NCBI RefSeq assembly: GCF_004010195.1
Contig: NC_057719.1
Span: 36,428,585 to 36,492,584 of the forward strand
Direction: 5' to 3'
DNA from: Chiloscyllium plagiosum
Taxonomy: Eukaryota
Length of the DNA stretch: 64,000 bases
Below the pieces are notes generated by a model. That model was given only the letters and a program-made list of their open reading frames with translations, did no database searches and was not told the origin of the DNA. Made by a program: the position numbers and the translations under genes. Shown here in pieces: positions 26,500-40,292 of this stretch; position 1 is the stretch's first letter, and each line of letters opens with the position of its first letter.

Positions 26500-29400
26500 G
26501 GTATAGCAGGCAACTTCGCCAAGAGGAATAGTCATCCTGTAGCACAGGAGAATTGTGAGAACTTCTCATGACCTACACAAGTTATGTCCAGGAAGTGTCA
26601 CTGGCTGCACAAGCTTGAGCTCCAGCTCAAGCTCCTTTTAGGTGCATAAGAGGCAGAGAACCAAGTGTGGAGTTTGTTCAGAAGGAGGTAACACTGCAGG
26701 GAAGGTCGAGGCAGGCAGTCCAAAAGAAACACACAGAGAGTGCAGACATCCCCAAATGTCCTGCTTTCTAGTTAGTTTTCCATTCTGGATATTGGGGATA
26801 GAGATAGATCCTTGGAAGAGCGCATCAAGAATGGCCCAGCTATTAGGAGATTTGATTAGATTAGATTACTTAGTGTGGAAACAGGCCCTTTGGCCCAACA
26901 AGTCCACACCGACCCTCCGAAGAGCAACCCACCCAGACCCATTCCCTTGCATTTACCCTTTCACTTAACGCTACAGGCAATTTAGCATGGTCAATTCACC
27001 TAACCTGCACATTTTTGAACTGTGGGTGGAAATCGGAGCATCCGGAGGAAACCCACGCAGACACGGGGAGAATGTGCAAACTCCACACAGACAGTTGCCT
27101 GAGGCAGGAATTGAACCCGGGTCTCGGGGACAAATAGGCATTCTTATTGTTAGGGGAATAGACCAGCATTTCTGCAGCCACCAACGTGACTCCAGGCCGG
27201 CATGTTGGCTCCAAATTCAAGAATATCATAGAGCAGCTGCAGAATGTTTTTCTGAGGGGAGGCAACATTGGTGCTAATGACATAGGTAGGAAGTGGAATA
27301 TAGCCCTGGAATCAGAACTGAATGAACTAGGTAGAAAACTATCTAGCAGGATTCTAAAGTAGTAATCTCCAGATTACTCCTCACCACATGCAAGTGAGTA
27401 CAGAAATTGGAAAACAAGGCAGTTGAATGCATGGAAAGATGATGTAGGAGACAGAGTTTGAGATTGCCAAGACACCAGGACTGGATCTGGGGAAGTTGGC
27501 ACCTCTACAAGTCAGATGGGCTGCATCTGAACAGAGGCAGAACCAAGTTCCTTTTTGGGTGTTTTCATAATGCTACTGGGGGGGGGGCGGGGGGGGTTTA
27601 AACTAACCCAGCTAGAGTAAGGGAACTATAGGAGAATATTAGAAGGTAGTACTTGGATGCATGAAATGCTGAGAGAGGCAGATTTCATTAAAGTACAGAA
27701 TAATAAGTTAATAGGTGGAATCAAAGTAAGAGAAAAAGTGTGAAGGTTACACAATACACGAATGTGAAGGCATGGAATATAGTTAATAAGACTGGAGAGT
27801 TACAGCTCTTGTGGAGTTATAATGTGGCAATAATGGAGACCTGAATCAAAGAGTGTTAAATATTCCTGGTTACAAGGTGTACAGAAAAGATGGGAAAGGG
27901 CAGAAGGGAGGAGAGATAGCACTATTGATTAATGAAAGCATTGCAGTATTGAAGACAAAAGATGTTTCAGAGGGGTCAACAACAGAATTCATTTGGCTAT
28001 AGCGTATGAATAAGCAAGATGCAATTATATTACTCAGCCTAATTTGCAGACCACGAATTAGTGGGAAAGAAACAAGAGGAATAAATCTTCAAGAAAATTA
28101 GAGAGATGTGTAGACACCATAGAGTAGGTATGTTGGGGGATTTTAATCACCTAAATTTAGACTAGTTAGTGGTCTTGTAGGGATAACCGAGCGACAGATA
28201 TCCCTAGATTATATCGCAATTTTTTTCTATAACAGTTGTGTCCAATCCAACAAGAATGGAAGCATTGCTGGACCTTATTCTTAGGAAGTAGGTGGACCAA
28301 GTAAATCAAGTGACAGTAGGAAAACATTTAGTGGACAGTGATTATTGTATTATAAGGTCAAGGATAACAATGGTAAATGAAATGAAATGACGAAGAATAA
28401 TCAACAGGTGAAGAGCTAACTTCAATGGGGCTAGAACCGAGCTTCACTGGATAGATTGAAACAAAGTTTAATGGGAAAAACAGTCTCTGACCAATGGGCT
28501 ACCTTCAAAAAGGAGATTGTTTGAACAGAGTCAGGGTATATTCACTTGAGTGGGACAAACAAATACAGAGGTACCTTGGTGACAAGGGAAATGGACATTT
28601 TTAAGGAAGAAAACAATATGCTTAGAACAGGTGTCAGATGTTAAGTACAGGATTGAACAACTGCAAACATTAAGCCTTTGCTCAAAAAATATTTGTGAAT
28701 ACAGACCCAGCAATTCAGACCAGTCAGTTTAAGTTCAGTAATGGGGAAACCTCTAGAAACAATAATTTGGGATAAAAGTATGGTTGACTCAAAAGATTTA
28801 GCATGGGTTTGCTAAGGGAAAATTATGTCTAATTTACTTGGTGGAGGTTTTCTTATGAGAAAGCAGAGAACTGATGAACATAAGGCTGGTGATTAAAAGA
28901 CTTTTAATATACAAAGACACAATTCATAAGCTTATGAATAAAGTTATAGGTCATGAATAGAAAGGACAATTAAAAGTGCATGTAAAATTGGCTGAGGGAC
29001 GGGAACAGAGCTTATTAGTTAACATATATTTTTTGAGCTGGAACTAGGTTTGTATTTGAGTTCCCCAGGGGTCAGTGTTAGGACCCTTATTTTTCCTATA
29101 TAGATAGATATAAATGATGTAGATCTTGAGTGCACTGGCCAATTTACAGATTTTGTAAGAGATTTGTAAGCTGTAAGGATGACAGTGTAGACCCACACAA
29201 GGACATTGACAAGTTGGTGGAGTGGCTGGATAGCTGGCAAATGAAGTTTATTGCAAAGAAATGGAAGGTGATGCACATTGGTACAAGAATGGTTCCAGGA
29301 ATGAGAAATTTCAGTTATGAGGATAGATTGAAGAAGCTGGGACTGTTATCCTTGGAGAGAAGAAGACTGAGAGGAGATGTAGCTGATGTTTCCTAAATCT

Positions 29401-29752
29401 CAATGTGCAAGCTGGATGGGCAGCGGGTATTCCTGCTTGTAAAAGAAAAAAAAATAATGAGAGGGCGTGGAATTAAAGTGATGTGCAAACGAAGCATGGG
29501 TGCTGTAAGAAAACAACATTTTCATTCAGTATTGAAGGTGTTCACTCAGAGTAGTTGGGATATGAAATGCCCTGCCTGGAAATGTGTTGGAGGCAAATTT
29601 ACTTGAGGCATTTGAATGCATTAATGATCATTTGGATAGAAATAATGTGCAGGGAAGTGGGGACAAGACAAGAGATTGGGACTAGGGTAATAGAGCAGTA
29701 CAGGCACAATGGGTCAAATAGCCTACTTCTGAACTATAATGATTCTATGATG
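26500..29752 (+). mobile_element. Old, heavily decayed near-full-length CR1 LINE
   Basis: ORF1-like sequence (acattggtgctaatgacataggtagg), endonuclease (ggggattttaatcacc), RT and C-terminus (SYEDRLKKLGLLSLERRRLRGD), gattctatga tail. Confidence 0.8.
26850..27126 (-). mobile_element. HE1 SINE inserted in CR1 ORF1
   Basis: (TTAGA)n tail, V-core and B-box. Confidence 0.92.
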
Positions 29753-29754
29753 AG

Positions 29755-30276
29755 CAGGGAGTTTATTAAGAATTTATAAAGCAGTTAGGCATCAGCTGGA
29801 GTACCATATCCAGTTCGGGGCACCACATTGTATAAAGAATGTGAATGTATATGGGACTGTGCAGAAGAGTTTTGAGGTTCCAGGCATGTGAAACTTCAGT
29901 TATGGGATAGATTGAAGATGTTGGGATTATGTTCCTTGGAGAGATACGAGTAAGGAGAGATTTGATGGATGCTTTCATAATCATTAGAGAGAATGACAGA
30001 TCAGTGGGGAGAAACTGTTCCCACTTGTAAAAAGACTAAGGACCAGAGTGAGTGATTGGGATCGGAATGCACCGCCTAGCAGTGTGTGGAGGCATGTTTT
30101 ACTGAGGCAGTCAAGTGGGTATTCATTGATTTTACTACAAACAATGTGCTGGGTTAAAGGGAAAAGAGAGGAGTTTGGCATTAAATCAAAATGCTGAAAA
30201 AGCCAGTACAGACACAATGGACAGAAAGCCAATACCCAGTGAGGCCCTCTTGTGCACTGTAACAATTCTGTGATTC
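29755..30276 (+). mobile_element. Decayed CR1 3' fragment
   Basis: ctggagtacc..ccagttc...caccaca; ends ctgtaacaattctgtgattc. Confidence 0.65.
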
Positions 30277-32392
30277 AGATGGATATGGGCAAGGACATTT
30301 TGCAGCCAATCATCTGTTATAACTGCTACAGCTGCCACATACTCATGCTTACTCCGCAAAGGACAATGCCGTAGCTTTTCTTCATTCAGTCTAGATCTCC
30401 ATCGCTGCACATCATCTCCTAGCTACTCAGTCTCATTGCCAGGGTGACTCCCCTTTCTTGCAGGATCAGGGTTAGAGATGGGAACATTTTCTGCTCAAGC
30501 AGAGCAGAGCTTCTTCAATGTCAAATAGTGGCCTCTCTCATTCTCTTCCTTGCTGGTGAGAACGCTGTCAAATTGTTCCAAGATATTCACCTTGTACTTT
30601 GAAATGATTGACAAACACAATGGTGGAGTCCAGATCTCAGTGCTTTTGTTCCTTAGGTACAGACAAACATGGCTGAAAACAACTAATCTTGTGTTCCCAG
30701 TCTGGAACTTTGCCTTCTTGTGGCATCATTATCGGATTTGCTATTCTGCTGGTGGGAATGTTTGACTACTTGGATACAACCAAGATTTTGGGATATCTAA
30801 ATTTGAGATAACACAATTTCATACTCCCAGTACTTTGGACAAATTTCTAGACCAATACCTTTTAAAATAACATCAACCAAATGGCAAATGATTAACAAGA
30901 TGCAATGTATCCTTGGAAGTTGGAGAAATTTCACTAGTTTAACTCCTCTTTCTCTTGTTCAGGCCATATTCTAATGCTGATCTTGAAATTGAGGATGACA
31001 GAATTGATCCTACTGATATTTCAAACAAAATTTTTAGGGCGATGACAAAATATGACTCCCAATTTGGTACTTCTGCTGACTTTTGCTATTAAAATTATAT
31101 GCAGGAAGTCTTTATCGTCATGCTAGTTTTTGAACTCAATGAAATTATTGCACCAAGCACCCTTAGATTTCTTTATGCATAGACTGCACATATATCAGTA
31201 GTTTGTACTTTCACTGATGGGACTTATTTCCATTAAAATAAATGAGTACATGGTATTTGGGTTCCTGGTTATTCATATTCTTTCTGATTGAACCACTCGT
31301 CACGTCAAGGTAATTCACAGGAATTACTGGATTTCTGACTAAGAATGATGTTTCTCTGCTCCCATCCCCCCTTTTTGTGAGTTTTCAAATACAATTCTGT
31401 CATGGTTTTTAAACTTTCCTGAAGTTTGTTATGGAAACAATAACACACCACTCAACTTTAAATGAGTCAGAGTATGAAGGTTGTTGGTGATATACATAAC
31501 AGACCTGAATTTTCCAGAAAAATAAACATCAACTGGCCTTCAATTAATCATGTGTATTGTTGGTGAAAATGGCATTAAAATGGCAAAGGTTTAGGTGGAT
31601 GGCAAGGTACTGAGTCATCCAGGTTTTATAGCTTTACCAAATTCCAAGCTTCAGTTCAAAAATATCTGTAAAAGGTTGAGCAGTACCATATCATGTGATA
31701 TTGTGGTCTTTATCATTTTGCAACCTGGACAATAAGTGTGGTTGGAATTGGAAACAAAATAAATAGAAATAATAATGAAATGCTTAAATACTACAGAGTG
31801 AAATATTCATCTTATGAAAACCAATTCTGAAACAGGACTGATTACTTATTGAAACAATTAATTTGGACTGTATCTACTGGTTCATTTCTTTGAAATGTAC
31901 TTATGATTTGAGGCATTCAATGGCCTACAAATTTGTGACCTGTTTTTCATACATTCTATATATGTCATATTTTTTAAAACAACATTAGGTGCAACCACGT
32001 TCTTTCTCAAGTTACAATCACACACCCCAAGTTTAGTATCAATTGAAATTCTTTGATGTTTCATACCTATTCTTAAATTTTGATGTAAACCAGGTACCCT
32101 GACCCAAGACCTTGTAACTGAAATGCAGTAAGATTATCTCCCTTGAGAAATCTCACTCAGCTACCTCAAGCCCAGTCCTGATAGTGACAAAAACCTTCGC
32201 ACAGTAACTGCAGTACTGATGTACAGCAAAGCTGCTTCTCAACAAGCAACAGCTAGTTGTGAATCCACCCTCGCACTCAGGACATGTTCTTTGGATAGGT
32301 CATTAAACACACATTGGTTCAATGGCAAGAGAGAAAGAACTAAGTGAGCCTTTTGATTATAATTGTTTTAATATTCTATTATTGCCGTTTAG

Positions 32393-32459
32393 GACACAAA
32401 GCAATCAGACAGAATTACAAAGAGTTAACCAGGATCTTGAAAAGAAGCTGCATAGGATG
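32393..32459 (+). CDS. BEGAIN-like gene, 67-nt coding exon
   Basis: tttag acceptor, ATG|gtgagt donor. TQSNQTELQRVNQDLEKKLHRM versus BEGAIN IQSNYMALQRINQELEDKLYRM. Confidence 0.92.
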
Positions 32460-32626
32460 GTGAGTGAATGGCATGATGATTCACAAAAATATAATTTTTG
32501 GGCAACTGATTGCTTTTGAATACCAGTGGATATAAGTACAACAGTCAGAATGATGGATCTCCCTGATGCAAGTGCTGTGGAAAATATCCTAATGATTTCT
32601 TCAACATACCTCTTAGTTTATGTGCA

Positions 32627-33540
32627 TAGTCATACAGTCATAGAGATGTACAGCATGGAAACAGACCCTTCGGTCCAACTCGTCCATGCTGACTAGATAT
32701 CCTAAATAAATCTAGTCCCATTCACCACATTTGTCCCATATCCTTCTAAACACTTCCTATTCATATAGCCATCCAAGTGCCTTTTAAATGTTGTAATTGT
32801 ACCAACTTCCACCACTTCCTCTGGTAGCTCGTTCCATACACGCAACATCCACTGCATGAAACAGTTGCCTGTTAGATTCCGTTCAAATCTTTCCCTTTTT
32901 ACCTTAAACCTATACCTTCTAGTTTTGGACTCATCTACCCCAGAGAAAAAAACCCTGTCTATTTATCCTATCCATGCCCCTCATGATTTTATAAACCTTT
33001 ATAAGGTTACCCCTCAGCCTCCGACACTCCAGCGAAAATAGCCCCAGCCTATTCAGCCTCTCCCTGTAGCTCAACCTAGCAACATCCTTGTAAATATTTT
33101 CTGAACCCTTTCAAGCTTCACAACATCCTTCCTACAGCAGGGAGACTTGAATTGCACACAGTATTCAAAAGTAGCCTAACCAACATCCTGTACAGTAACA
33201 TGATCTCCCAACTCCTTTATTAAATATTAAATACACTATCTTATCCACCTGCAACTCCACTTTCAAGGAACTGTAAACCTGCATCCAAGGTCTCTTTGTT
33301 CAGCAACATGCACCAGGACCTGACCATTAAGTGTGTAAATCCTGCCCTGATTTGTCTTTCCAAAATGCAGCACTTCATATTTATCTAAATTAACTCCATC
33401 TGCCTCTCCTCACACCACTGCCCCATCTGATCAAGATGAGGTAACCCTCTTCGCTATCCACTACACTTCCAATTTCGGTGTCATCTGCAAACTTACTAAA
33501 CATGCCTTTATGTTCGCATCCAAATCATTTATATAAATGA
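32627..33540 (-). mobile_element. CR1/HER1 3' fragment
   Basis: agtcatagagatgtacagcatggaaacagacc tail; RT remnant gtcatctgcaaacttactaa. Confidence 0.88.
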
Positions 33541-33664
33541 ATGCCACAATTATCAATTTGATTTCCTCAACTGCTTAGCTTGTGTTATTTTTAGCTCTTG
33601 CTGTGTGTGAGATCTAATTCCCTAGACCAATTCTAATTCTTCCCTTAAGATGACAGGCATGAAG

Positions 33665-34088
33665 AGAGTTTGTTTCGGTTGGGACTATTTTCACTTTAGA
33701 AGAATAGGGCATTCTGATAGAAACCTATAAAATTCTAACCAGACTAAACAGATTAAATGCAGGAAGAATATTCCCAATAACTGGGGAGTTCAGAACCAAG
33801 GGTCACAGTCTAAGGATATAGGATAAGCCATTTAGAACTAAGATGAGGAGAAATATCTTCACCCAGGAAATGGTAAACCTCTGGAATTCTCTGCTACAGA
33901 AAGCAGTTGAGGCTCGAACATTGAATGTTTTCAAGAATAATTTATATATAGTTCTTAGGGCTAGAGGTATGGGAAGAAAGCAGGAAGGTTACTGGATTGG
34001 TTGATAAGTCATAATCATATTGACTGTGGAAGCAGGCTCAAGATCTGAATTGCCCCCACCTGCTCCTATTTTTCTCTGTTTCTATGTA
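33665..34088 (+). mobile_element. CR1 3' fragment
   Basis: ggtcacagtctaaggat...cctgctcctatttttctctgtttctatgt; related to 13545-14160. Confidence 0.75.
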
Positions 34089-35491
34089 TCTTTCAATCTT
34101 TCAACAGGATAAGAGATAGAAAACACTGTTTGGTAATTGCTTTTAGATTCTGTCTTATCTCATGTCTCTGAAAAATCACACATTATATTTTTAAGAGCAT
34201 TGCATTTAAAGTGCAATACATTCAATATTATCCCAGTATACTGCCTATAAAAATTTCAGAAGATCAAAACATTACTTGAGATTAATCATTGGGCTGGCAA
34301 CATAATGTTGCATTTGTAATTGCGCCAGACCTTTACAAGGTTAAATACATCTCACATCATTGCTCAATCTGTTATCTCTATTGGCTGTCTCAGCAGGCAA
34401 TCCAATGATAAAGACTAATGCAGTTTGCTTTGTCCTAAGTGAGTTGAATTTCTGGATTGAGATATCTATGATCCTTTGCTTCTTTGAAATACATTCAAAT
34501 AAACAGTTCTTTAACAGAGTGAACCTTTAGACAGTCCAGAAAAGTGGAGACCAAAGCTGCAGTTCCTAATCCTGAGTTGACATCCTTTGGAGCACTTACA
34601 TCCTATGATTGTCCCAATCTGACCATTTTATTTGGATGAGCTGTTAGAGGTTATAAAGCCTGTTGTTCATATACGAATCTCTTGGTTGGAATAAAGATAA
34701 TTAAACACATGGAAGGAACATTCAGATCAGCTTCTGTCAAAGCCTGCCTGAACCTTTCCTAGTTTAATTAATCTATCACACTCACAAGTAAGTGTGATAA
34801 AATATAACGGTAATGATGTGCATTGCATTAGTAAAATAACTTCATATCATTAGTGGTGAGAAAGTAAGATTTGTCCTGTTATTTTTATCTGTTGATTAAT
34901 TTGCTGCTTTTGTGTTAATTCGCTTCTGAAAATAAACTGAATTAGTAATTTTATGTCTGAGCTATCACGTTTTTCAGTATGATTTGACATCTTTGAGGTG
35001 CTGTGGGCCTCAACCGCAATCTGTAACTTTATGGTCAGCATGCCCCCACTTTACTACCATGATCAAGCCAGGGAATCAAGCCTGGTTGAATGAAGAATGC
35101 AGGAAGACACGCCAGGGGCAGCACCAAGCTTACCCAGAAACGAGGTGCTAACCTAGTGAAGCTACAACACAGGACTAGTGCCATGCCAAGCAGCATGTGA
35201 TACAGATAATCCTGCTGTCATTGGGTCAGATGTAAGCTACTTTCAATCATGAGTAGAATTGAATTGAATTGAATTTATTGTCACGTATACTGAGGCACAG
35301 TGAAAAGCTTTGTCTTGTGAGCAATACAGGCATATCACAAATTAAATAGCATAGATAAGTAATGGACAAATAAAGAGTAACTGGTGCAGGAGACAAAAGT
35401 AGAAATTGCTGGAAAAACTCAGCAGGTCTGGCAGCATCTGTAGAGAGAAATCAGAGTTAACATTTCGGGTTGAATGATGCTTCTGCAGAAA

Positions 35492-36017
35492 GATATAGGT
35501 ATCTCCTAATAGTGCTGTGAAGAATGATTAGGATTTTGACACAGCGACAGTGAAGGAATGACAACATACTTCAATCTTTTCTGCTTTATTGAGGATGAGA
35601 ATATAAGGAGTCTCCTCCACCAGTTAAAACCGAAAGAACTGTGGATGTTGTAAATCAGAAACAAAAATAGAAATTACTCGAAAAGCCTAGTAGATCTGGC
35701 AGCATTTGTAAATAGAAAGCAGAGTTAACACTTCTGGTCGAGCAATCCTTCTTCAGAACTGACGAATGGCCAGAAACATTACCTTTGATTTCTCTCCTCA
35801 GATGCTGCCAGACCTGCTGACCTTTTCTGGCAATTTCTATTTTTTGATTTTGATTTACAGCATCTGCAGTTCTTTTGGTTTTTAACTAGTGGAGGAGACT
35901 CCGTATATCCTCATCCTCAATAAAGCAGAAAAGACTGAAGTATATTGTTATTCCTGCACTGTCGCTGGGTCAAAGTCCTAATTATTCTTCATAGCACTAT
36001 TAGGCTGTACCTACATC
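35492..36017. repeat. About 525-bp imperfect palindrome centred on two opposed Penelope-type termini
   Basis: 35492-~35740 is the imperfect reverse complement of ~35768-36017. Confidence 0.9.
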
Positions 36018-36239
36018 ATTACAGCAGTTCAAAAACATAAGTTGTTTCCTTTATCAGTTGCAAGGTGTCATTCATTTGAGACTGTTAACTTATAAGAGCC
36101 AATTATTTTTGGCTGAGATGTTGAGAGAAAGGGATAGGGCTTAATGAAGTAAGTTTAATATCATCCAGAAACCTCCTATGATAACTCACCATCAATGCAA
36201 AAGAAATTCAACCAGAAGAGGGAAGGGAATGGTCCATCT

Positions 36240-37435
36240 TGGCTTTCTCCTGAGTTACCCAACATGCTAGATGCTAGTCGTCGGCTAATTCAGTAAATTC
36301 TATATGATATCAAGAAATGACTGAACATACTGGATACTACTCTGGAATTTCTCTGGCAATAATACTGAAGTCTCACGTTCCAGAACTAGCCACATACATA
36401 ACCAAGCTTTTCCAATATAGTTACAACACAGCACATAGGAGAAATGGGGAAAAAAGCCCATATATGTTCTGTCAGTAAAACACAGGTCAACCCCAACCTA
36501 GCCAATTACCACCAACTAGTCTACTCTCAATCATCAGCAAGGTGATGAAGAAGTCACTGATAAAATTAAATAATAGGTACCCAGCTCATTGGTACAAACA
36601 CAGAATGTTTGAGAAATACAGGTAGTAGCCATTGGGAGAAACAGAGCTTGCTCAATGATGCCCAGCTTGGATTCCACAAGGGCCACTCAGCTCCTGGACT
36701 TATTACAACCTTGTCCCACCTGTCAATCTTGCTTCCCACCTATCCGCTCCACCTTCCTCTCTGATCTATCACCTTTACCCCCAGCTCCATCTACCTATTG
36801 CACACTCAGCTTCCTTCTCCCCAGCCCCACCCCTTCCCATTTATCTCTTCACTCCTGAGTTCCCAGCTTCATTCCTGATGAAGGGCTTTTGCCTGAAATG
36901 TCGATTTTCCTGTTCTTCGGATGCTGCCTGACCTGCTGTGCTTTTTCAGCACCACTCTAATCTTGACTCTAATCTCCAGCATCTGCAGTACCCACTTCTG
37001 CCTTATTACAACCTTGGTTCAAACATTTTCAAAAGAGCTGAATTCCTGATGTGAGGTGAGAGTGACAACCTTTAATGTCAAAGCCATATTTGATCCAGTG
37101 TGACATCCTAGCAAAACTGGAATCAGTGGGGATCGGGGAAAAGCTTTCTGCTGCTTGGAGTCATTCCTGGCACAGAGGAAGGTGGTTTTGTTTCGAGAAG
37201 TCCGTCACCTCGGCTCCATAGCATCTTGGCATGAGTATCTCAGGGTAGTCTCCTAGGCCCAACTATCTTCAACTGTTTCATCAATGACCTTCCCTCCAAA
37301 TAAAAATTCAAAGATGTGGATGTTTTTTGATGATTCGGTGTGCATCACCATTCATGGCTCCTCAGATATTGAAGCAGTCTGCATCCAAATGCCACAATAC
37401 TTAGACAATATTTAGATTTAGGCTGATATATGTCA
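36240..37435 (+). mobile_element. Decayed CR1-clade RT fragment
   Basis: aattaccaccaactagtctactctc; ctcagggtagtctcctaggccc (PQGS.LGP). Confidence 0.7.
36714..37001 (+). mobile_element. Penelope-derived insertion with 15-bp TSD and hammerhead motif (36871-36905)
   Basis: TSD cttattacaaccttg at 36699-36713 and 37002-37016; CTGATGA-A-GGGC-TTTT-GCCT-GAAA-TGTCGA. Confidence 0.85.
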
Positions 37436-37594
37436 ATTATCACAGAGAATCAAAAGTATTTCAATGCTGCAGGAGGCTATTTAGCCCATCATATTGTCAC
37501 TGGATCTTCATTGCTGAATCCCACACAACATCCTTGGAATTACTATTGAACAGAAATGAATTGGACCAATCATCCAAATGTGTGACTAGAAGAG

Positions 37595-37970
37595 CAGTCT
37601 ATGCAATATATATTAATGATTTGGATGACAGAAGTGAATGTACTATCAGCAAATTTGCAGATGAAAAAAAAGGCTGACAAGTATTGGGGCTGGCACAAGA
37701 GGTTTACAGAAGGATATAAACAGGTTTTAGTGGGCAAAAACTTGGCAAATGGAATGTGATATGGGAGGTTGTGCAGTTTAGCAGGAAGAATAGAAGAACT
37801 GAACCTTATATTAATGAGGAAAGACTGCTGAGAACTGCAGCACAAAGGGATTGGGGGGTCCTGGTGCATGAATCACAAAAGTTAGCATCCAGGTTCAGCA
37901 GGTAATAGTGAAGCTGTATGGAATGTTGGCCTTTATGTCAAAGAGAGGCCTTGCTGAAAATATACAAAGT
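37595..37970 (+). mobile_element. CR1 RT fragment
   Basis: attaatgatttggatg...aaatttgcagatga (INDLD..KFAD). Confidence 0.7.
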
Positions 37971-38984
37971 ACCCTCACAGCTCTCTAAGGTGAGACTCCC
38001 ACCCAGGTGGGGATAGATATCCCACTCTGACACAGTTAAGGCTGATCCCAACATAATATTGCTCACAGCAGATAGGTTGCAGGATAAACACCATTTTGGT
38101 CAGGAGTAGCAGGGAATACATTGTCCCATAAGATCCAATCCAATAGTGCACAGCTCAATACTAAAAAATGTCCCTTCACCTCTGTAATCTTCTGCAACCT
38201 CCTTAAGCATAAACTAAACTATCACTTCATACAAGCACAGACTATGGCTGCTGACATGTTGCATTAGCCTATGTATTGGTGAAAATCTTGAATAGTAATA
38301 TATAATATATGGCACTTTTCCCATCTTAAAACAAAACATGAGGACAGTGTCTTCTTAAGATCGAGTTGCTATGATGGGTTGCAATTGTATCCTTTCATTG
38401 AATACCCTAACTGTTTAAAAAATAGATCATTTTAACATCCATGTAAAAGATGACATTTCAAAATTGAGAAATTTAAGCACATTGTGATCAATCTCGTATT
38501 TGTGTGAGTAAAGGTGCTGATTCATGTGTGAACTTGTAGCTTTCAAATGTCAGATTTGATTGAATGGTAACAAACTATGTGATAATCGTGGTTCTCCTCA
38601 GTTTCTCATGATTAATATGAATTAAACTACAACTAAACTCAGTAGTAAGAAGGAAAATGGCTTGAGAGAGAATGTAGCTTGAAACACTTCCGAGCAGATA
38701 AGTAACTATTGTTGGGCCAGTGAGGGATTTAATCTTCTATCATACTGCTAAGATTCCAGAGCAGATAGGCACTGTACCTGTAAGATAGTTCACTGACAGC
38801 TTAGCATTTAATATTCCAATATAAAGGTCCTCACCTCACCTTCAGCAGCACAGTGCGATGGAATTAGTGGAGCATGTAGTCAGTCTGTCAACCATGTATA
38901 TTGTTACTGTCATATGTTGTAACTATATCAACAATAAACACAGTACAAAACAAAGCACAGTACCCAGGCTATGTACAAGTCTGA

Positions 38985-39890
38985 GGTCTTATCTGTTACC
39001 ATGGGATCCGTGCCAAGGCCACAATTATTTACAATATACACTAACGACTTGGATAAAAAAGTGAATGTTCTGTCACCAAGTTTGTGAATGACACAAAAAT
39101 AGGTGAGAAGGCAAGTGCTGAGGATGAAGTGCTGATAGTCTGCAGAGGGATATGGATGGGTTTTGAAAGTGGAAAAACTTCAATGGAATATAATATGGAA
39201 AAATATGAGGTTTTGCATTTTAGCAGGAAAAATAGAGATGTTTGGGATTGGGTAGGGGATCAATGGTGTATTGGTAATAATACTAGACTGTTAAACCAGA
39301 GACCGAGGTGATATTCTGGGGACATGAGTTCAAATTCCACCAAGGCAGATGGTGAAATTTGAATTCAATAAAAATCTAGAATTAAGAGTCTAATGATGAC
39401 CATGAATCCATTGTTAATTGCTGGAAATAACTCATCTGATCCAGTAATGTCCCTGTTCTAGCCTACATGTGACCCACAGAAATGTGATTGACTCTTAACT
39501 GCCCGTTGGGATGGGCAATAAATGCAGGCCGAGCCAGTGACATTCTTGTCCCATGAATGAACAAAATAAATATTAATAAAGTGGAGAAAAGACTGCAAAA
39601 GGAATAGAGAAATTTTGGGACACTTGTGTTTAAATCACAAAAAGCTAACATCCAAACTCAGTAGGTTATAGGGAAAGCAAATGGAATACTTCAAAAGGAA
39701 TGCAGTATAAAAATGGGGAAGTTTTGATAAAACTCATTTATAAGGGATTTTAATAAAAAATAAGGAATCTCTGGGGTCTTGACAGGGTAAATCCTGAAGT
39801 TGTATTCCTTCTGGAACTAGAGCACATGATTTCAGAGTAAGGGGATGTCCAGTTAGGCCTGAGATGAACAGGAATTTCTTCTCTCAAATT
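38985..39890 (+). mobile_element. Decayed CR1 RT/3' fragment with a SINE inserted at ~39255-39580
   Basis: KFVNDTKIG motif; the LINE resumes after the SINE. Confidence 0.65.
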
Positions 39891-39939
39891 GCAGTGACCC
39901 TAAGAACTGTCTTCAGTCCTGTTTTGACAGAACTAGTCC

Positions 39940-40292
39940 CGCTTTGACTGTCTCCCAGGTCCCTTCTGACTGTCCCCCAGTCCCCTCTGACTGTCCCAAG
40001 TCCCACTCTGACTGTCCCCCAGGCCCCCTTTGACTGTCCCAAGTCCCCCTCTGACTGTCTCACAGGCCTCCTCTGACTGTCCCAAGTCCCACTCTGACTG
40101 TCTCCCAGGCCCCCTCTGACTGTCTCCCAGGCCCCCTCTGACTGTCCCAAGGTCCCCTCTGACTGTCCCAAGGTCCCCTCTGACTGTCCCAAGTCCTCCT
40201 CTGACTGTCCCACAGGCCTCCTCTGACTGTCCCAAGTCCCTCTCTGACAGTTCTCAGGGCCACTCTGACAGTCTTCAGTCCCGCTCTGACTG
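39940..40292. repeat. Minisatellite, ~20-22-bp unit (CTCTGACTGTCCCAAGTCCC-like)
   Basis: About 16 tandem degenerate units with a conserved ctgactgtc core. Confidence 0.92.
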
